Shown here in pieces: positions 1 to 8,780 of a stretch of DNA of 28,071 bases. Made by a program: the position numbers and the translations under genes. The notes below the pieces were generated by a model. The model had not been told where the DNA came from and searched no databases. It saw only the letters and a program-made list of their open reading frames with translations. Every line of letters starts with the position of its first letter. The first letter of the stretch is position 1. Location of the stretch: the NCBI GenBank assembly GCA_046485285.1, contig JAWOHE010000044.1:1-28071 (forward strand), given 5' to 3'. The stretch comes from a bacterium. GTDB lineage: Bacteria; Hydrothermota; Tepidihabitantia; Tepidihabitantales; Tepidihabitantaceae.

Positions 1-154
1 AGAACTGCTGCCGCCACTTGTGCAGGGTGTTCTCGTTCACCCCCAACTCCCGGGCCACCCGGACGACCGTCACGTCGCCCGCGGTCGTCAGTCGGACTGC
101 GTTGAGCTTGAACTCACGCGTGTAGGTCTTCCGAGGCTCTCGCGCTTCTGTCAC
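1..154 (-). CDS. IS3-family transposase OrfA (HTH_Tnp_1-like), 3'-partial; not in the ORF track
   Basis: GTG at 154 with GGAGG at 161-165. Translates MTEAREPRKTYTREFKLNAVRLTTAGDVTVVRVARELGVNENTLHKWRQQF, matching the YTxEFK..AV..VARELGV...TLxxW pattern. Confidence 0.9.
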   Translation of the reverse strand, partial: MTEAREPRKTYTREFKLNAVRLTTAGDVTVVRVARELGVNENTLHKWRQQF

Positions 155-191
155 TGATTACCTCCGGTCTGATGCTACACCCGCCTTTCAA

Positions 192-218
192 GGTGTCTAC
201 CACACCGGGGGCACTCCA
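192..218 (-). repeat. Left terminal inverted repeat of the IS3 element
   Basis: TG-initiated sequence just upstream of orfA. The partner IR lies outside the window, so the IR length is approximate. Confidence 0.7.
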
Positions 219-776
219 GCGGGTGGCCTGAGACTCATTGAAGCTTGGGTTAGGGATGCGAACGGCACCCCGGTGCCGAATGCCTCGGTTGGGTTCTACA
301 AGGAAGGCGAAGGCGAGATACTGCACTCGGTGCAGACGAACTCCGCAGGGTACGCCTGCTGGACGGTTCACGCTCACACCCCAGGGGTCGTCCTGGTCAC
401 CGCATTCAAACCCCTGTACCGCACTGGTAAGCGCAGCATCCATGTCTATCATCCAGACGCCGTCGCCCCTGACGGTGGGCAGAGCAAGCCCGCCGGCATC
501 CCGCTCGAGTTCGCGGTCCGGATTGCCCCGGTCGTGAGAAACGCGCCCAGGGTCCGGGTTGACGTTCCCGGCCCGGCCAGGTTGCGCTTGACCATCCACG
601 ACGTTACCGGTAGGATGATTACGAAGATGGCTGATGTCAACCTTGCTCCGGGCAGGCACTGACTCGACCCGGCAACAGCCGCAGCCGGAGCAGGACGACT
701 CGCACCAGGTGCGTACTTCATCCGCTACCAGAGTGAGTACGGCCAGGGCCTGCTCAGGTTCACGCTGGTGCGCTGA
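219..776 (+). pseudogene. 3' remnant of a secreted protein (Ig-like domain resembling the gingipain/C25 C-terminal region, PDGGQS linker, sorting domain); IS-interrupted, with an internal TGA
   Basis: The frame is open from the IS end at 219 (AGGLRLIEAWVRDANGTPVPNASVGFYK...). After TGA at 660-662 the same frame continues LDPATAAAGAGRLAPGAYFIRYQSEYGQGLLRFTLVR* (774-776), completing the HDVTGR...GAYFIR sorting domain. Confidence 0.8.
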
Positions 777-790
777 AGGATGAGGTGGCG

Positions 791-2202
791 ATGATGAAAC
801 CGACCGCGGTGGTCCTGCTGATTCCGGTTCTGGTCTCAGGAGCCGCGGCCGGTACCCTGCGCTGGACCGAGCCGGCCGCAGTCTGGCCTGATACCGCGGG
901 CCACGATACCCTGTGGCAGGGCCAGCTTGACGTGGCTAGTGCCGATACCGTGCTCTGGGCTGCATGGTGGCAACAGCGCGGGTCGCAGATAGAAGACGGG
1001 GTAACGAAGGCTGCGCGCCATGATGGTATCAGGTGGCATGTTCCCGAATCCATCAGGCAGCCTGAGGGCTTGTCTACCGGTCTCAGCATAGCACTGGACA
1101 ACGAGCAAAACCCGTGGATAGCATACCGGAACTACGTCCTGCTCGAGGAAAACCGGTGCGCGTACACCCGTCGGACAGCCGATACCTGGACCCGCCCGGC
1201 CGTGTTCTACAGGTACCCGGGCAGTAGGACACGCCCACCGATTCTGGCCCGGCACCCGATACAAGGCGTACAGGCGGTGTGGATCAGTTTCTACTCGGAA
1301 GCCCATCTTCTCACGGCTCAAGGGACCGGGGATTCCTGGACCACCCCGCATATCGTGGATTCCTTCCCCGCCTACACTCAGGACCACCCCCCGGGTATCG
1401 CCTTGCTCAGCCAAGACCGGTTCATGTTGGCGTGGTCCTGTACTTCCCGTACCGCCGGATGGAACCTGTACACCAGCATCGGGTCGGGTGATTCCTGGAC
1501 CGAGCCGGTCCATGTTGTCTTCCCGTCTCCGCAGCAACTCCATCGAGACATGCCGCTGGTCTGGGCGGACCCGTCCGGGCCGCGCGGATTGCTTGGCAGA
1601 AGTATGAGTTTGAAGGAACATGGAGGTCTAGGTTTCACTCAGCCCGGTTCGACGGCAGTCAATGGGTGGAACCGGTACTGGTTGATACGGGCGGCAGGCT
1701 TGTCGGGTGCAATGATGAGGCCGGATGGGGATGGACACTGTATTTCAGGAGAGACGGTGGGAGCAGTGTGCGTTACCATGACGGAAGGAACTGGAGCCCG
1801 CCGATGCCCGGGCCGCCTGACTCCATCATCCCGATTCCGCGCATCGCGGTTGCCCACGGTCGCGTCTGGGTGTTCTGGGTGAGGCCCTCGGACACAAGGC
1901 GTCTGCTCTACTACAGCTCGGCAGCGCACCCGCTGGCGGTGGCCGAGCCGGGTCAAACCCCGGTCCGACAACCAGCCGGCCCGACCGTCGTGCGCGGAGT
2001 GCTGCACCTGCCACGGCTTGGGACACGATCCGAGTTGCCGGACAATTCGGTCATGTCCCGCGCCGCCCTGCTCGACATCTCCGGCCGGAAGGTGATGGAC
2101 CTCCAGCCCGGTGACAACGACGTCCGGCACCTTGCCCGCGGCGTCTACTTCGTCCGCCGGCAGGACACCGGCGAGTCGGCCCGGCTGGTGCTGGTGCGGT
2201 AG
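791..2202 (+). pseudogene. Secreted repeat (probable beta-propeller) protein with C-terminal sorting domain; frameshift near 1580 (~470 aa if repaired)
   Basis: Signal peptide MKPTAVVLLIPVLVSGAAAG and repeated 'W..P' blades. Coding sense moves from the 785 frame (..PLVWADPSG) to the 1666 frame (ARIAWQKYEFEGTWRSRFHSARFDGSQWVEPV..). It ends LLDISGRKV..GVYFVR..LVLVR. The frameshift could be an assembly error. Confidence 0.75.
2020..2059. repeat. Imperfect palindrome (GGGACA...TGTCCC) inside coding sequence
   Basis: GGGACACGATCCGAGTTG-CCGGA-CAATTCGGTCATGTCCC, with one mismatch, one bulge and one G.T pair. Confidence 0.75.
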
Positions 2203-2329
2203 AGCCCCGGCTGACCGGCCCGGACCCGGCCCGCACCTGTTGCCCGCATCGGCGCCGGTCCGGCCGCAACCGGCATCGCCGGCGACGGCCCGGGAGGACG
2301 CCGGCTCGCTTCAGGCCGGGCCGCGGGCG

Positions 2330-4057
2330 CTAGCCCGCTTCGAGCTCATCCTTGATGAGCTGGCGCTCGTAGAGCTTCCAGTAGAGGCCGCGCCGGGTGA
2401 GCAGTTCCGCGTGACTGCCCTCCTCGACGACCTTCCCGGCGTCGAGGACGTAGACCCGGTCGCAGGCCGCGAGGACCGAGAGCCGGTGCGAGACGATGAT
2501 GACCGTCGCCGCGCCGACCTCGTCGGTCAGGTGGGCGATGAGTTCCTTCTCGGTCTCGGCGTCGAGCGCCGAGGTCGCGTCGTCGAAGACCAGCACCGGC
2601 GGCCGGCCGACGAGCGCCCGGGCGATGGCGACCCGGCCGCGCTGGCCGCCGGAGAGCCGGGTGCCGTGCTCGCCGAGTTGCTCTTCGAGCCCCTGCCCGA
2701 TGGCCTCGAGGTCGCGCCGGAACCGTGCCGCCTCGATGACCCGGTCGAGCTCGGCCCGGGCGACGTCCCGGCCGAAACCGATATTGCCGCCGATCGTGTC
2801 CGAGAAGAGCATCGGCTCCTGGGGCGCGTAGCCGAACCGCGCCCGATAGGCGTCGAGGTCGAGCTGACGGACGTCGGTGCCGGCGAGCAGGACCCGGCCG
2901 GCCTGCGGGTCGGCGAGCCGGAAGAGCAGCCGGAACAGCGTGCTCTTGCCCGAGCCGGTCGTGCCCGCGATGCCGATGCGCGCGCCGGGCGGGAAGCGGA
3001 GACTGACACCCTTGAGCACCGGCTGCTCACAGTAGGCGAACTCGACGTCGACGAGTTCGAGCGCGCCGTCGCGCGGCGCGGCCGGCCGCTCCGGCGGCTC
3101 GACCTCGGGCCGGTGCTCCTCGAGCTCGCCGACCCGGCCCGCGGTGCCCTGCGCGCGCCGGCCCGCGACGAAGAGGTTGCCGATGTCGAACATCGGGCCG
3201 ACCAGCATCAGCACGTAGGCGTTGAAGGCGACGAACTCGCCGAGCGTCAGCCGCCCGCCGACGACCAGCGCCCCGCCCGCCCAGAGCACGAGCAGGATGC
3301 TGAACCCGGCGATTGCCGAGTAGAAGACCTCGATGCGGGCGTCGACCCGGACCGTGTCGATCGCCGCGGCGATGCGGTCGTCGAGCCGCTCGCGGAAGCC
3401 CCGGCCGAGTCGCTCCTCCATGTTGTAGCCCTTGACGAGCCTCAGTCCCGAAAAGGCCGCCTCGATGCGGTTGTTGGTCTCGGCGATCTTCTCGCGCCAC
3501 TTCAGGTGGCGGGTGTAGACCTGCGGCCCGAGCCGGGTCCAAACCCACACCCCGATGCCGACCGGCAGGATGCTGAGCAGCGTCAGCAGCGGGTTCATCG
3601 ACGCCATCACTGCCAGCACGAAAACGAGCGTCAGCGCCGCCGAGGCGAACCGGAAGATGCCCGAGCAGACGAACCAGGACAGCTCGCCGAGGTCGTGGTC
3701 GAGCCGCTCCATCGTGTCGCCGGTCGGGAACCGGTTGCTGAACGAGTGGCCCATCTCGAGCACGCGCCGGAAGACCCGGTTGCGCGTCAGCCACTCGAAC
3801 ATCATGTTGGTCCGGGCCCGGCCGTAGGGCAGGACGACCTCGGCGACCGCCCGCAGGAACCCGAACCCGACCAGCAGCAGGACGTAGCGGATGAGCGTCC
3901 GCTCGCCGACGCCGTCCTTGATGCCGTCGATGATGTAGCGCAGCAGGAACGGGAAGGTGAGGTTGAGCGCGGTCCCGACCGCGGTCCCGCCGAGCAGCAG
4001 CGCCGCCCAGCCCTTGTTGCGCTTCCAGAACTCGCCGACGACCCGGAGCCGCTTCAC
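2330..4057 (-). CDS. ABC exporter, fused TMD-NBD half transporter (MdlA/TM287-like, degenerate Walker B)
   Basis: N-terminal TM helices, Walker A GTTGSGKST, LSGGQ, Walker B VLVFDD and SHR. Its GTG overlaps the partner's stop. Confidence 0.93.
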   Translation of the reverse strand: MKRLRVVGEFWKRNKGWAALLLGGTAVGTALNLTFPFLLRYIIDGIKDGVGERTLIRYVLLLVGFGFLRAVAEVVLPYGRARTNMMFEWLTRNRVFRRVLEMGHSFSNRFPTGDTMERLDHDLGELSWFVCSGIFRFASAALTLVFVLAVMASMNPLLTLLSILPVGIGVWVWTRLGPQVYTRHLKWREKIAETNNRIEAAFSGLRLVKGYNMEERLGRGFRERLDDRIAAAIDTVRVDARIEVFYSAIAGFSILLVLWAGGALVVGGRLTLGEFVAFNAYVLMLVGPMFDIGNLFVAGRRAQGTAGRVGELEEHRPEVEPPERPAAPRDGALELVDVEFAYCEQPVLKGVSLRFPPGARIGIAGTTGSGKSTLFRLLFRLADPQAGRVLLAGTDVRQLDLDAYRARFGYAPQEPMLFSDTIGGNIGFGRDVARAELDRVIEAARFRRDLEAIGQGLEEQLGEHGTRLSGGQRGRVAIARALVGRPPVLVFDDATSALDAETEKELIAHLTDEVGAATVIIVSHRLSVLAACDRVYVLDAGKVVEEGSHAELLTRRGLYWKLYERQLIKDELEAG

Positions 4058-5838
4058 GACCGCCCCCCGACGTACTGGAGCCGGTAGAGCCGGGTGTAAA
4101 TGCCGTCGCGGGCGAGCAGCTCGGCGTGGCTGCCCTCCTCGGCGATGCGGCCCTTGTGGACGACGACGATGCGGTCGACCATCCGGATCGTCGCCAGCCG
4201 GTGGGCGACGATGACCGCGGTCCGGCCCGCGAGCAGTTCGGCGAGCCCCTGCTGGATGAGGTGCTCGGTGTGCGGGTCGACCGACGAGGTCGCCTCGTCG
4301 AGCACCAGCACCTCCGGGTCGCGCACCAGCGCCCGGGCGAAGGCGAGGAGCTGGCGCTCGCCGAGCGAGAAGTTGACCCCGCGCTCGATGAGGTTGGTGT
4401 CGTAGCCCTTCGGGAAGCGCAGGACCGACTCGTGGATGCGCGCCCGCTTCGCGGCCGCGATGACGTCCTCGCGCGGCACGCTGTCGTCGAGCATTCGCAG
4501 GTTGTCGACGACCGTGCCCGGGAACAGCACGACCTCCTGGGGCACGAAGCCGAACGCGGCGCGGAGCTGGTGCCGGTCGAGCCCGGCGAGGTCGTGGTCG
4601 TCGAACCGGAGCCGGCCGCGCTGGAGCGGGTAGAACCGCATCATCAGGTTGACGAGCGAGCTCTTGCCGCCGCCGGTCTCGCCGACCAGCGCGACCTTCT
4701 CACCCCGGCGGACTTCGAGGTCGATGTCCTCGAGCACGAAGTTCTCGCCGTCGTAGGAGAAGCCGGCCCGCTCGAAGGCGATGCGGTCGCGCAGGATCAG
4801 CGGCCCGGCCAGCGCCCGGCCCGCGGGCTCGGGCTCCTCGTCGAGCATCCCGAAGATGCGCTCGGCCGAGGCGAACGCCCGCTGCATCACGTTGATCTGG
4901 TCCGATATCATCCGGAGCGGGCCGAACAGCCGCGACAGGTAGGTCACGAACATGAACAGCGTCCCGAGCGTCAGCATCCCGCGCAGGGCCCAGGCGCCGC
5001 CGATGCCCAGCACCAGTCCGAACCCGATTATCTCGCCGAAGTCGACCAGGAACCAGACCGCGTACCAGAGCCCGGTCGCCTTGAGGTCGGCGCGGTACTT
5101 GCGCCGGTTGAGCCCGTCCATCTGCCCGGCGAAGCGGCCCTGCTGGCGGAAGAGCTGGACCACCGGCAGGCCCTGGAGCATCTCGGCGACAAGGCTGTTC
5201 AGGTCCCCGACCGCCCTGCGCACCTCGAGGTAGACCGGCCGGACCTTGCGCTGGAACACCCAGAACGCGACCACGAACGGCGGCAGCAGCGCCGCGACGA
5301 GCAGGAACAGCCGCCAGCTCGTCGTGGCCATCACCACGCTCATCCCGGCCAGCATCAAGAGGCTCTGGAGCAGGACGACCGAGGTCCGGGTGAAGAGCAT
5401 CTTCAGCGCCTCGGAGTCGCTCTCGACCCGGGAGATGAGCCGGCCGACCTGGTGCCGGTCGAAAAACGACACCGGCAGGTTCAGCAGGTGGCTGAACAGC
5501 TCCTGCTTGATGTCGGCCGCGCCCCGCTCGCCGACCTGGAACAGCCACAGCGTCTGGAGGTAGACCGCCGCCAGCGAGACGAGCTGGAGCCCGAGGAAGG
5601 CGAGCGAGGTCGCCGCCAGCCCGGTCAGATCGCCCTGCGCGATGTTGACGTCGATTGCCCGCTTGATGAGCACCGGCCCGAACACGCCGACCGCGGTCGT
5701 GACGAGGAGCATCGCGCCCGCCGCCAGCGCCCGGCCCAGGTACCGGCGGAAGTAGGGCCAGAGGCGCCGGATGTAGTCCGACGCCCGGCCCGTGAGCCGT
5801 GTCTCCTCTTCGCTCAGCGGCATCCGGCCGTGAAACAA
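4054..5838 (-). CDS. ABC exporter, fused TMD-NBD half transporter (MdlB/TM288-like)
   Basis: Walker A GETGGGKSS, degenerate signature FSLGER, Walker B LVLDE and AHR. TTG start with a GGAGGA RBS. Confidence 0.93.
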   Translation of the reverse strand: MFHGRMPLSEEETRLTGRASDYIRRLWPYFRRYLGRALAAGAMLLVTTAVGVFGPVLIKRAIDVNIAQGDLTGLAATSLAFLGLQLVSLAAVYLQTLWLFQVGERGAADIKQELFSHLLNLPVSFFDRHQVGRLISRVESDSEALKMLFTRTSVVLLQSLLMLAGMSVVMATTSWRLFLLVAALLPPFVVAFWVFQRKVRPVYLEVRRAVGDLNSLVAEMLQGLPVVQLFRQQGRFAGQMDGLNRRKYRADLKATGLWYAVWFLVDFGEIIGFGLVLGIGGAWALRGMLTLGTLFMFVTYLSRLFGPLRMISDQINVMQRAFASAERIFGMLDEEPEPAGRALAGPLILRDRIAFERAGFSYDGENFVLEDIDLEVRRGEKVALVGETGGGKSSLVNLMMRFYPLQRGRLRFDDHDLAGLDRHQLRAAFGFVPQEVVLFPGTVVDNLRMLDDSVPREDVIAAAKRARIHESVLRFPKGYDTNLIERGVNFSLGERQLLAFARALVRDPEVLVLDEATSSVDPHTEHLIQQGLAELLAGRTAVIVAHRLATIRMVDRIVVVHKGRIAEEGSHAELLARDGIYTRLYRLQYVGGRS

Positions 5839-5897
5839 GCGCTATCCTCCGTTCTGCTCGGTTATCTTGAGTTCTGGGTTCCGGGTTCCGAGCGTGC

Positions 5898-5926
5898 ATC
5901 ATACGCCTCGTCGAGACGATTGTCAA
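5898..5926 (-). promoter_or_regulatory. Sigma70-type promoter of the ABC operon
   Basis: TTGACA-N17-TATGAT on the minus strand. Confidence 0.7.
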
Positions 5927-5934
5927 CCACTGCC

Positions 5935-5962
5935 TTGATTCCCGGCCCGGCTTGAATACGCT
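5935..5962 (+). promoter_or_regulatory. Putative sigma70 promoter for the Fpg-like operon (near-leaderless)
   Basis: TTGATT-N16-TACGCT, 8 nt before ATG 5971, with no SD sequence. Confidence 0.5.
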
Positions 5963-5970
5963 TTCAGGCG

Positions 5971-6816
5971 ATGCAGGAACTGCCCGAGCTCGAGGTGACC
6001 AGGGACCGGCTCCGGCTCGCGCTCACCGGCCGGCTCATCATCGGCGCCGAGGCGCGCCAGCCGGCCTGCCTCAAGACCGTCGAGCCGCCGCTCGTGGCGC
6101 TTGCCGGCCAGCACGTCCGCTCGGTCAACCGGCTCGGCAAGTTCCTCGTCTTCGCCGCAGAAAACCGGCTCCAGTTCTGCGTTCACCTGATGCTCAACGG
6201 CCGGCTCGCGCTCGGCCCGGCCGGGGCGCCCTGGACCCGCCACCATCTCGCGGCCCTCCACCTCGACCGCGACGCGGACCTGCGCGTCATCGAGACCGGC
6301 ACTCGCCGTCGGGTCGAGCTTCACCTCGTCACCGACCCGAAGAACGTCGACCGGATTGCCCGGCTCGGGCTCGACCCGCTCGGCCCGGAGTTCACCCTGC
6401 CGCGCTTCCGCTCCGCGCTCGGCCGCCGTAACCACGTCCTCAAGCGCTTCCTGACCAACCAGGACCTCGTCGCGGGCATCGGTAACTGCTACTCGGACGA
6501 GATCCTGCTCGAGGCCCGGCTCTCGCCCTTCGCAACGACCGGGACGCTCAAGCCCGAGGAAGCCATCCGGCTCTGCGTCGCGGTCAAGAAGGTGCTCCAC
6601 GACGCGATTCTCCGACTCCGCCCGCTCGACCGCCTGCCCGAGCGCCGCGACCGCACCTTCCTGCGCGTCCACGGCCGGCTCGGCCAGCCCTGCGGCCAGT
6701 GCGGCGAGGCGGTCCGGCAGGTCAGCTTCAGCGACTCCGCCATCTACTACTGCCCGGCGTGCCAGACCGGCGGCCGGGTGCTGGCCGACCGCCGGCTGTC
6801 GCGGCTCCTGAAGTGA
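5971..6816 (+). CDS. Fpg/Nei-family DNA glycosylase/AP lyase-like protein (N-terminus MQELPE)
   Basis: xELPE start, RLGKFL, HLMLNG, LGLDPL, H2TH NQDLVAGIGNCYSDEIL and zinc finger CGQC..CPACQ. Confidence 0.9.
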   Translation: MQELPELEVTRDRLRLALTGRLIIGAEARQPACLKTVEPPLVALAGQHVRSVNRLGKFLVFAAENRLQFCVHLMLNGRLALGPAGAPWTRHHLAALHLDRDADLRVIETGTRRRVELHLVTDPKNVDRIARLGLDPLGPEFTLPRFRSALGRRNHVLKRFLTNQDLVAGIGNCYSDEILLEARLSPFATTGTLKPEEAIRLCVAVKKVLHDAILRLRPLDRLPERRDRTFLRVHGRLGQPCGQCGEAVRQVSFSDSAIYYCPACQTGGRVLADRRLSRLLK

Positions 6817-7625
6817 CGCGGCGCGTCCTGCTCGCGCTCCTGCTCGCGGTGCCGGCCCTCGCCGGATTCCATCCGCCCGACCGATCCGGGCCCTTCGCGC
6901 CCGAGGTCCGGCGGGTCATCGTGCCCCTGAGCTCCGGCCCGCGGGCCTCACTGCTCTACTTGCCCGGAGCCTCCGCCGCGGCCGACCGGCCCGGCGTTGT
7001 GCTCGGCCACGGCTTCCTCGCCCCGATTGCCCGCTACGACAGCCTCGGCCGCTGGCTGGCCGGCCACGGCTTCCGCGTGCTCGTCGCGGGCTACCCGGAC
7101 CCGGGCCTGGGCTACCCGCGGGCACGGATTCCCGCCGATCTACTCGCCGCCGCCGACTGGCTCGGCCCGGGCCCGGTCGCGCTGGTCGGCCACTCGATGG
7201 GCGGTGGCGGGGCCTTCACCGCCGCCGGCCGCGCGCCGGCCGGGCGCGTCGCCGCGCTCGCGGCGATGTCGCCCCACCGCGTCGCGCCGGTGCCGGAGAG
7301 CCTGCCGATGCCGGTGCTCGTCTTCGCCGCCGGCAGGGACGGCGTCTCGCCCGCCGCCCGCGTCCGCCGCGAGTTCTTCGAAGCCTGCCGGGCGCCCGGC
7401 TGGCTGGTGACCCTGCCGACCGCCGACCACAGCAGTTACCTCGACGACGCGCCCGGCATCGCCGGCGCCTGGGGCCGCGGCGACCGCCCGACCGCCCTGC
7501 GCGCCGTCCGCACCCGCCTGGCGGCGTTCCTGCGCGTACAGCTCCTGGGCGACTCCGCCTGCCTGCCCTGGGTCGTCGGCCGCCCACCGGCCGACGACTG
7601 CGCCGCCACGGTTGAAGGCCGATGA
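6813..7625 (+). CDS. Secreted alpha/beta hydrolase (cutinase/PETase/chlorophyllase-like)
   Basis: GTG overlaps the upstream TGA. Signal peptide, GPF, HGF, WLAGHGF, nucleophile GHSMGGGG, Asp in GRDGVSP and His in ADHS. Confidence 0.85.
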   Translation: MTRRVLLALLLAVPALAGFHPPDRSGPFAPEVRRVIVPLSSGPRASLLYLPGASAAADRPGVVLGHGFLAPIARYDSLGRWLAGHGFRVLVAGYPDPGLGYPRARIPADLLAAADWLGPGPVALVGHSMGGGGAFTAAGRAPAGRVAALAAMSPHRVAPVPESLPMPVLVFAAGRDGVSPAARVRREFFEACRAPGWLVTLPTADHSSYLDDAPGIAGAWGRGDRPTALRAVRTRLAAFLRVQLLGDSACLPWVVGRPPADDCAATVEGR

Positions 7626-8710
7626 CCCGGCTTCCTCCGCCCCGGTTCGTCGCGGTGTCGAGCGAGGTCGGCCGCGGTCATCCCCGGTACCTCGACTCCG
7701 TGCTCGAAGCACTCCGCCGCGAGGGCGTCGCCGACATCCCGAGGGTCGTGCCGCGCTGGCGGCTCGCCCACCTCGGCTACCGGCTCGGCGCACGGGGGGG
7801 ACTGCTCACCGCGCTGTACGACCGGTTCCGCTCCGGCAGGCCCTCGCGCATGCTTCTCAGCCTGCTTGACGAGGGCCTGCGCCGACGGCTCCGGGGGTGC
7901 GGCGCTACCGTGCTCGTCGACCACCCCTTGTTGGCCCATCTCCTCGGCCCGGTCTGCCGGGTCGGCTACGTCCACGGCGAGATTGCCGCCCCGCCCTCAG
8001 CCGCGGTCGCGACCGCCTGGCGCACCTTCGTGCCCCTGCCCGAGACCGCCGACCGGCTCGCCGCGGCCGGGGCCGGCCGCGAAACGCTCGTTCTGACCGG
8101 GCTCATCACCGAGCCGGGACTGGCCGACACCGCCGATGCCGCCTTCGCCGCCCGGCTCCGACGCCTCGAAAGCGACGCGCCGCTGACCGTCGGCTTCTTC
8201 ACCTCCGGCGCCTGCCCCCGGCCCCACCTCCGGCGGATCATCGCCGGGGCCTGTTCCTGCCTCGACGCCGGGCTCAACGCGACGGTCTTCTGCGGCACCG
8301 CCCCGCGCGTCGCGGACCGACTCGGCCGCGCGCTCGGCAATCGGCCCGGGCTCCGGCTCCTCTCGACGCGGACCCGGCAGGAAGACACCGCCCGCGCCGT
8401 CGAGCGCTTCCCGGAGCTGGACGTGATGGTCGCCGCCGCCCACGAACGCACGAACTGGGCCGTCGGTCTCGGCCTGCCGATGTTTCTCCTCGAGCCCGAC
8501 ATCGGCCCGTTCGCGCCGCTGAACCGGGAGTTCGCCCTGCGGGCCGGGGTCGCCCGCTCGCTCGGCGGCGCGGCCGGGGCGGCCGCGCTCGGCGCGACGC
8601 TGGCCGGCCTCCGCTCCGCCGGCGGCCTGCGGACAATGGCCGAAGCCGGCCGGGGTCGCCATCCGGTCGCCGGCGCGGCGGCGGCGGCCCGCTTCCTGCT
8701 CGCCGGCTGA
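7622..8710 (+). CDS. Hypothetical protein, probable GT-B fold glycosyltransferase-like (MGDG synthase/GT28-like)
   Basis: ATGA coupling. N-terminal SSEVGRGH and C-terminal GLPMFLLEP..LNREFALRAGVA resemble GT28-type motifs. Confidence 0.55.
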   Translation: MTRLPPPRFVAVSSEVGRGHPRYLDSVLEALRREGVADIPRVVPRWRLAHLGYRLGARGGLLTALYDRFRSGRPSRMLLSLLDEGLRRRLRGCGATVLVDHPLLAHLLGPVCRVGYVHGEIAAPPSAAVATAWRTFVPLPETADRLAAAGAGRETLVLTGLITEPGLADTADAAFAARLRRLESDAPLTVGFFTSGACPRPHLRRIIAGACSCLDAGLNATVFCGTAPRVADRLGRALGNRPGLRLLSTRTRQEDTARAVERFPELDVMVAAAHERTNWAVGLGLPMFLLEPDIGPFAPLNREFALRAGVARSLGGAAGAAALGATLAGLRSAGGLRTMAEAGRGRHPVAGAAAAARFLLAG

Positions 8711-8723
8711 CCGCGATTTCCGC

Positions 8724-8751
8724 TTGACAGGGAAGGCTATTCTGGTATTGT
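8724..8751 (+). promoter_or_regulatory. Sigma70 promoter of the Rrf2-hcp operon
   Basis: TTGACA-N16-TATTGT. Confidence 0.7.
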
Positions 8752-8763
8752 AATACCTGAATA
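8738..8763. promoter_or_regulatory. Putative Rrf2 operator (12-2-12 inverted repeat over the -10 box)
   Basis: TATTCTGGTATT-GT-AATACCTGAATA, 11/12 symmetric, AT-rich in a GC-rich background, directly upstream of the Rrf2 gene. Confidence 0.75.
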
Positions 8764-8780
8764 TCTAATTATGAAGCTCG

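Larger units (their letters stand above)
1..218 (-). mobile_element. IS3-family insertion sequence, left end (truncated by window edge)
   Basis: The minus strand begins TGGAGTGCCCCCGGTGTGGTAGACACC, an IS3-type 5'-TG terminal IR. It is followed by a GGAGG RBS and an OrfA-like HTH reading frame. Confidence 0.88.

Noticed and set aside
660-662. TGA as selenocysteine or a recoded codon
   Set aside because: TGA is used as a normal stop throughout the window, the position is not a catalytic Cys site, and the gene is already IS-disrupted.
5869-5892. Heptamer-like repeat gagttct-gggttcc-gggttcc
   Set aside because: Only about three degenerate units, not an array of evident function.
2111-5955. Long plus-strand ORFs (658 and 609 aa)
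   Set aside because: Antisense shadows of the ABC genes, expected in high-GC DNA, with no motifs.
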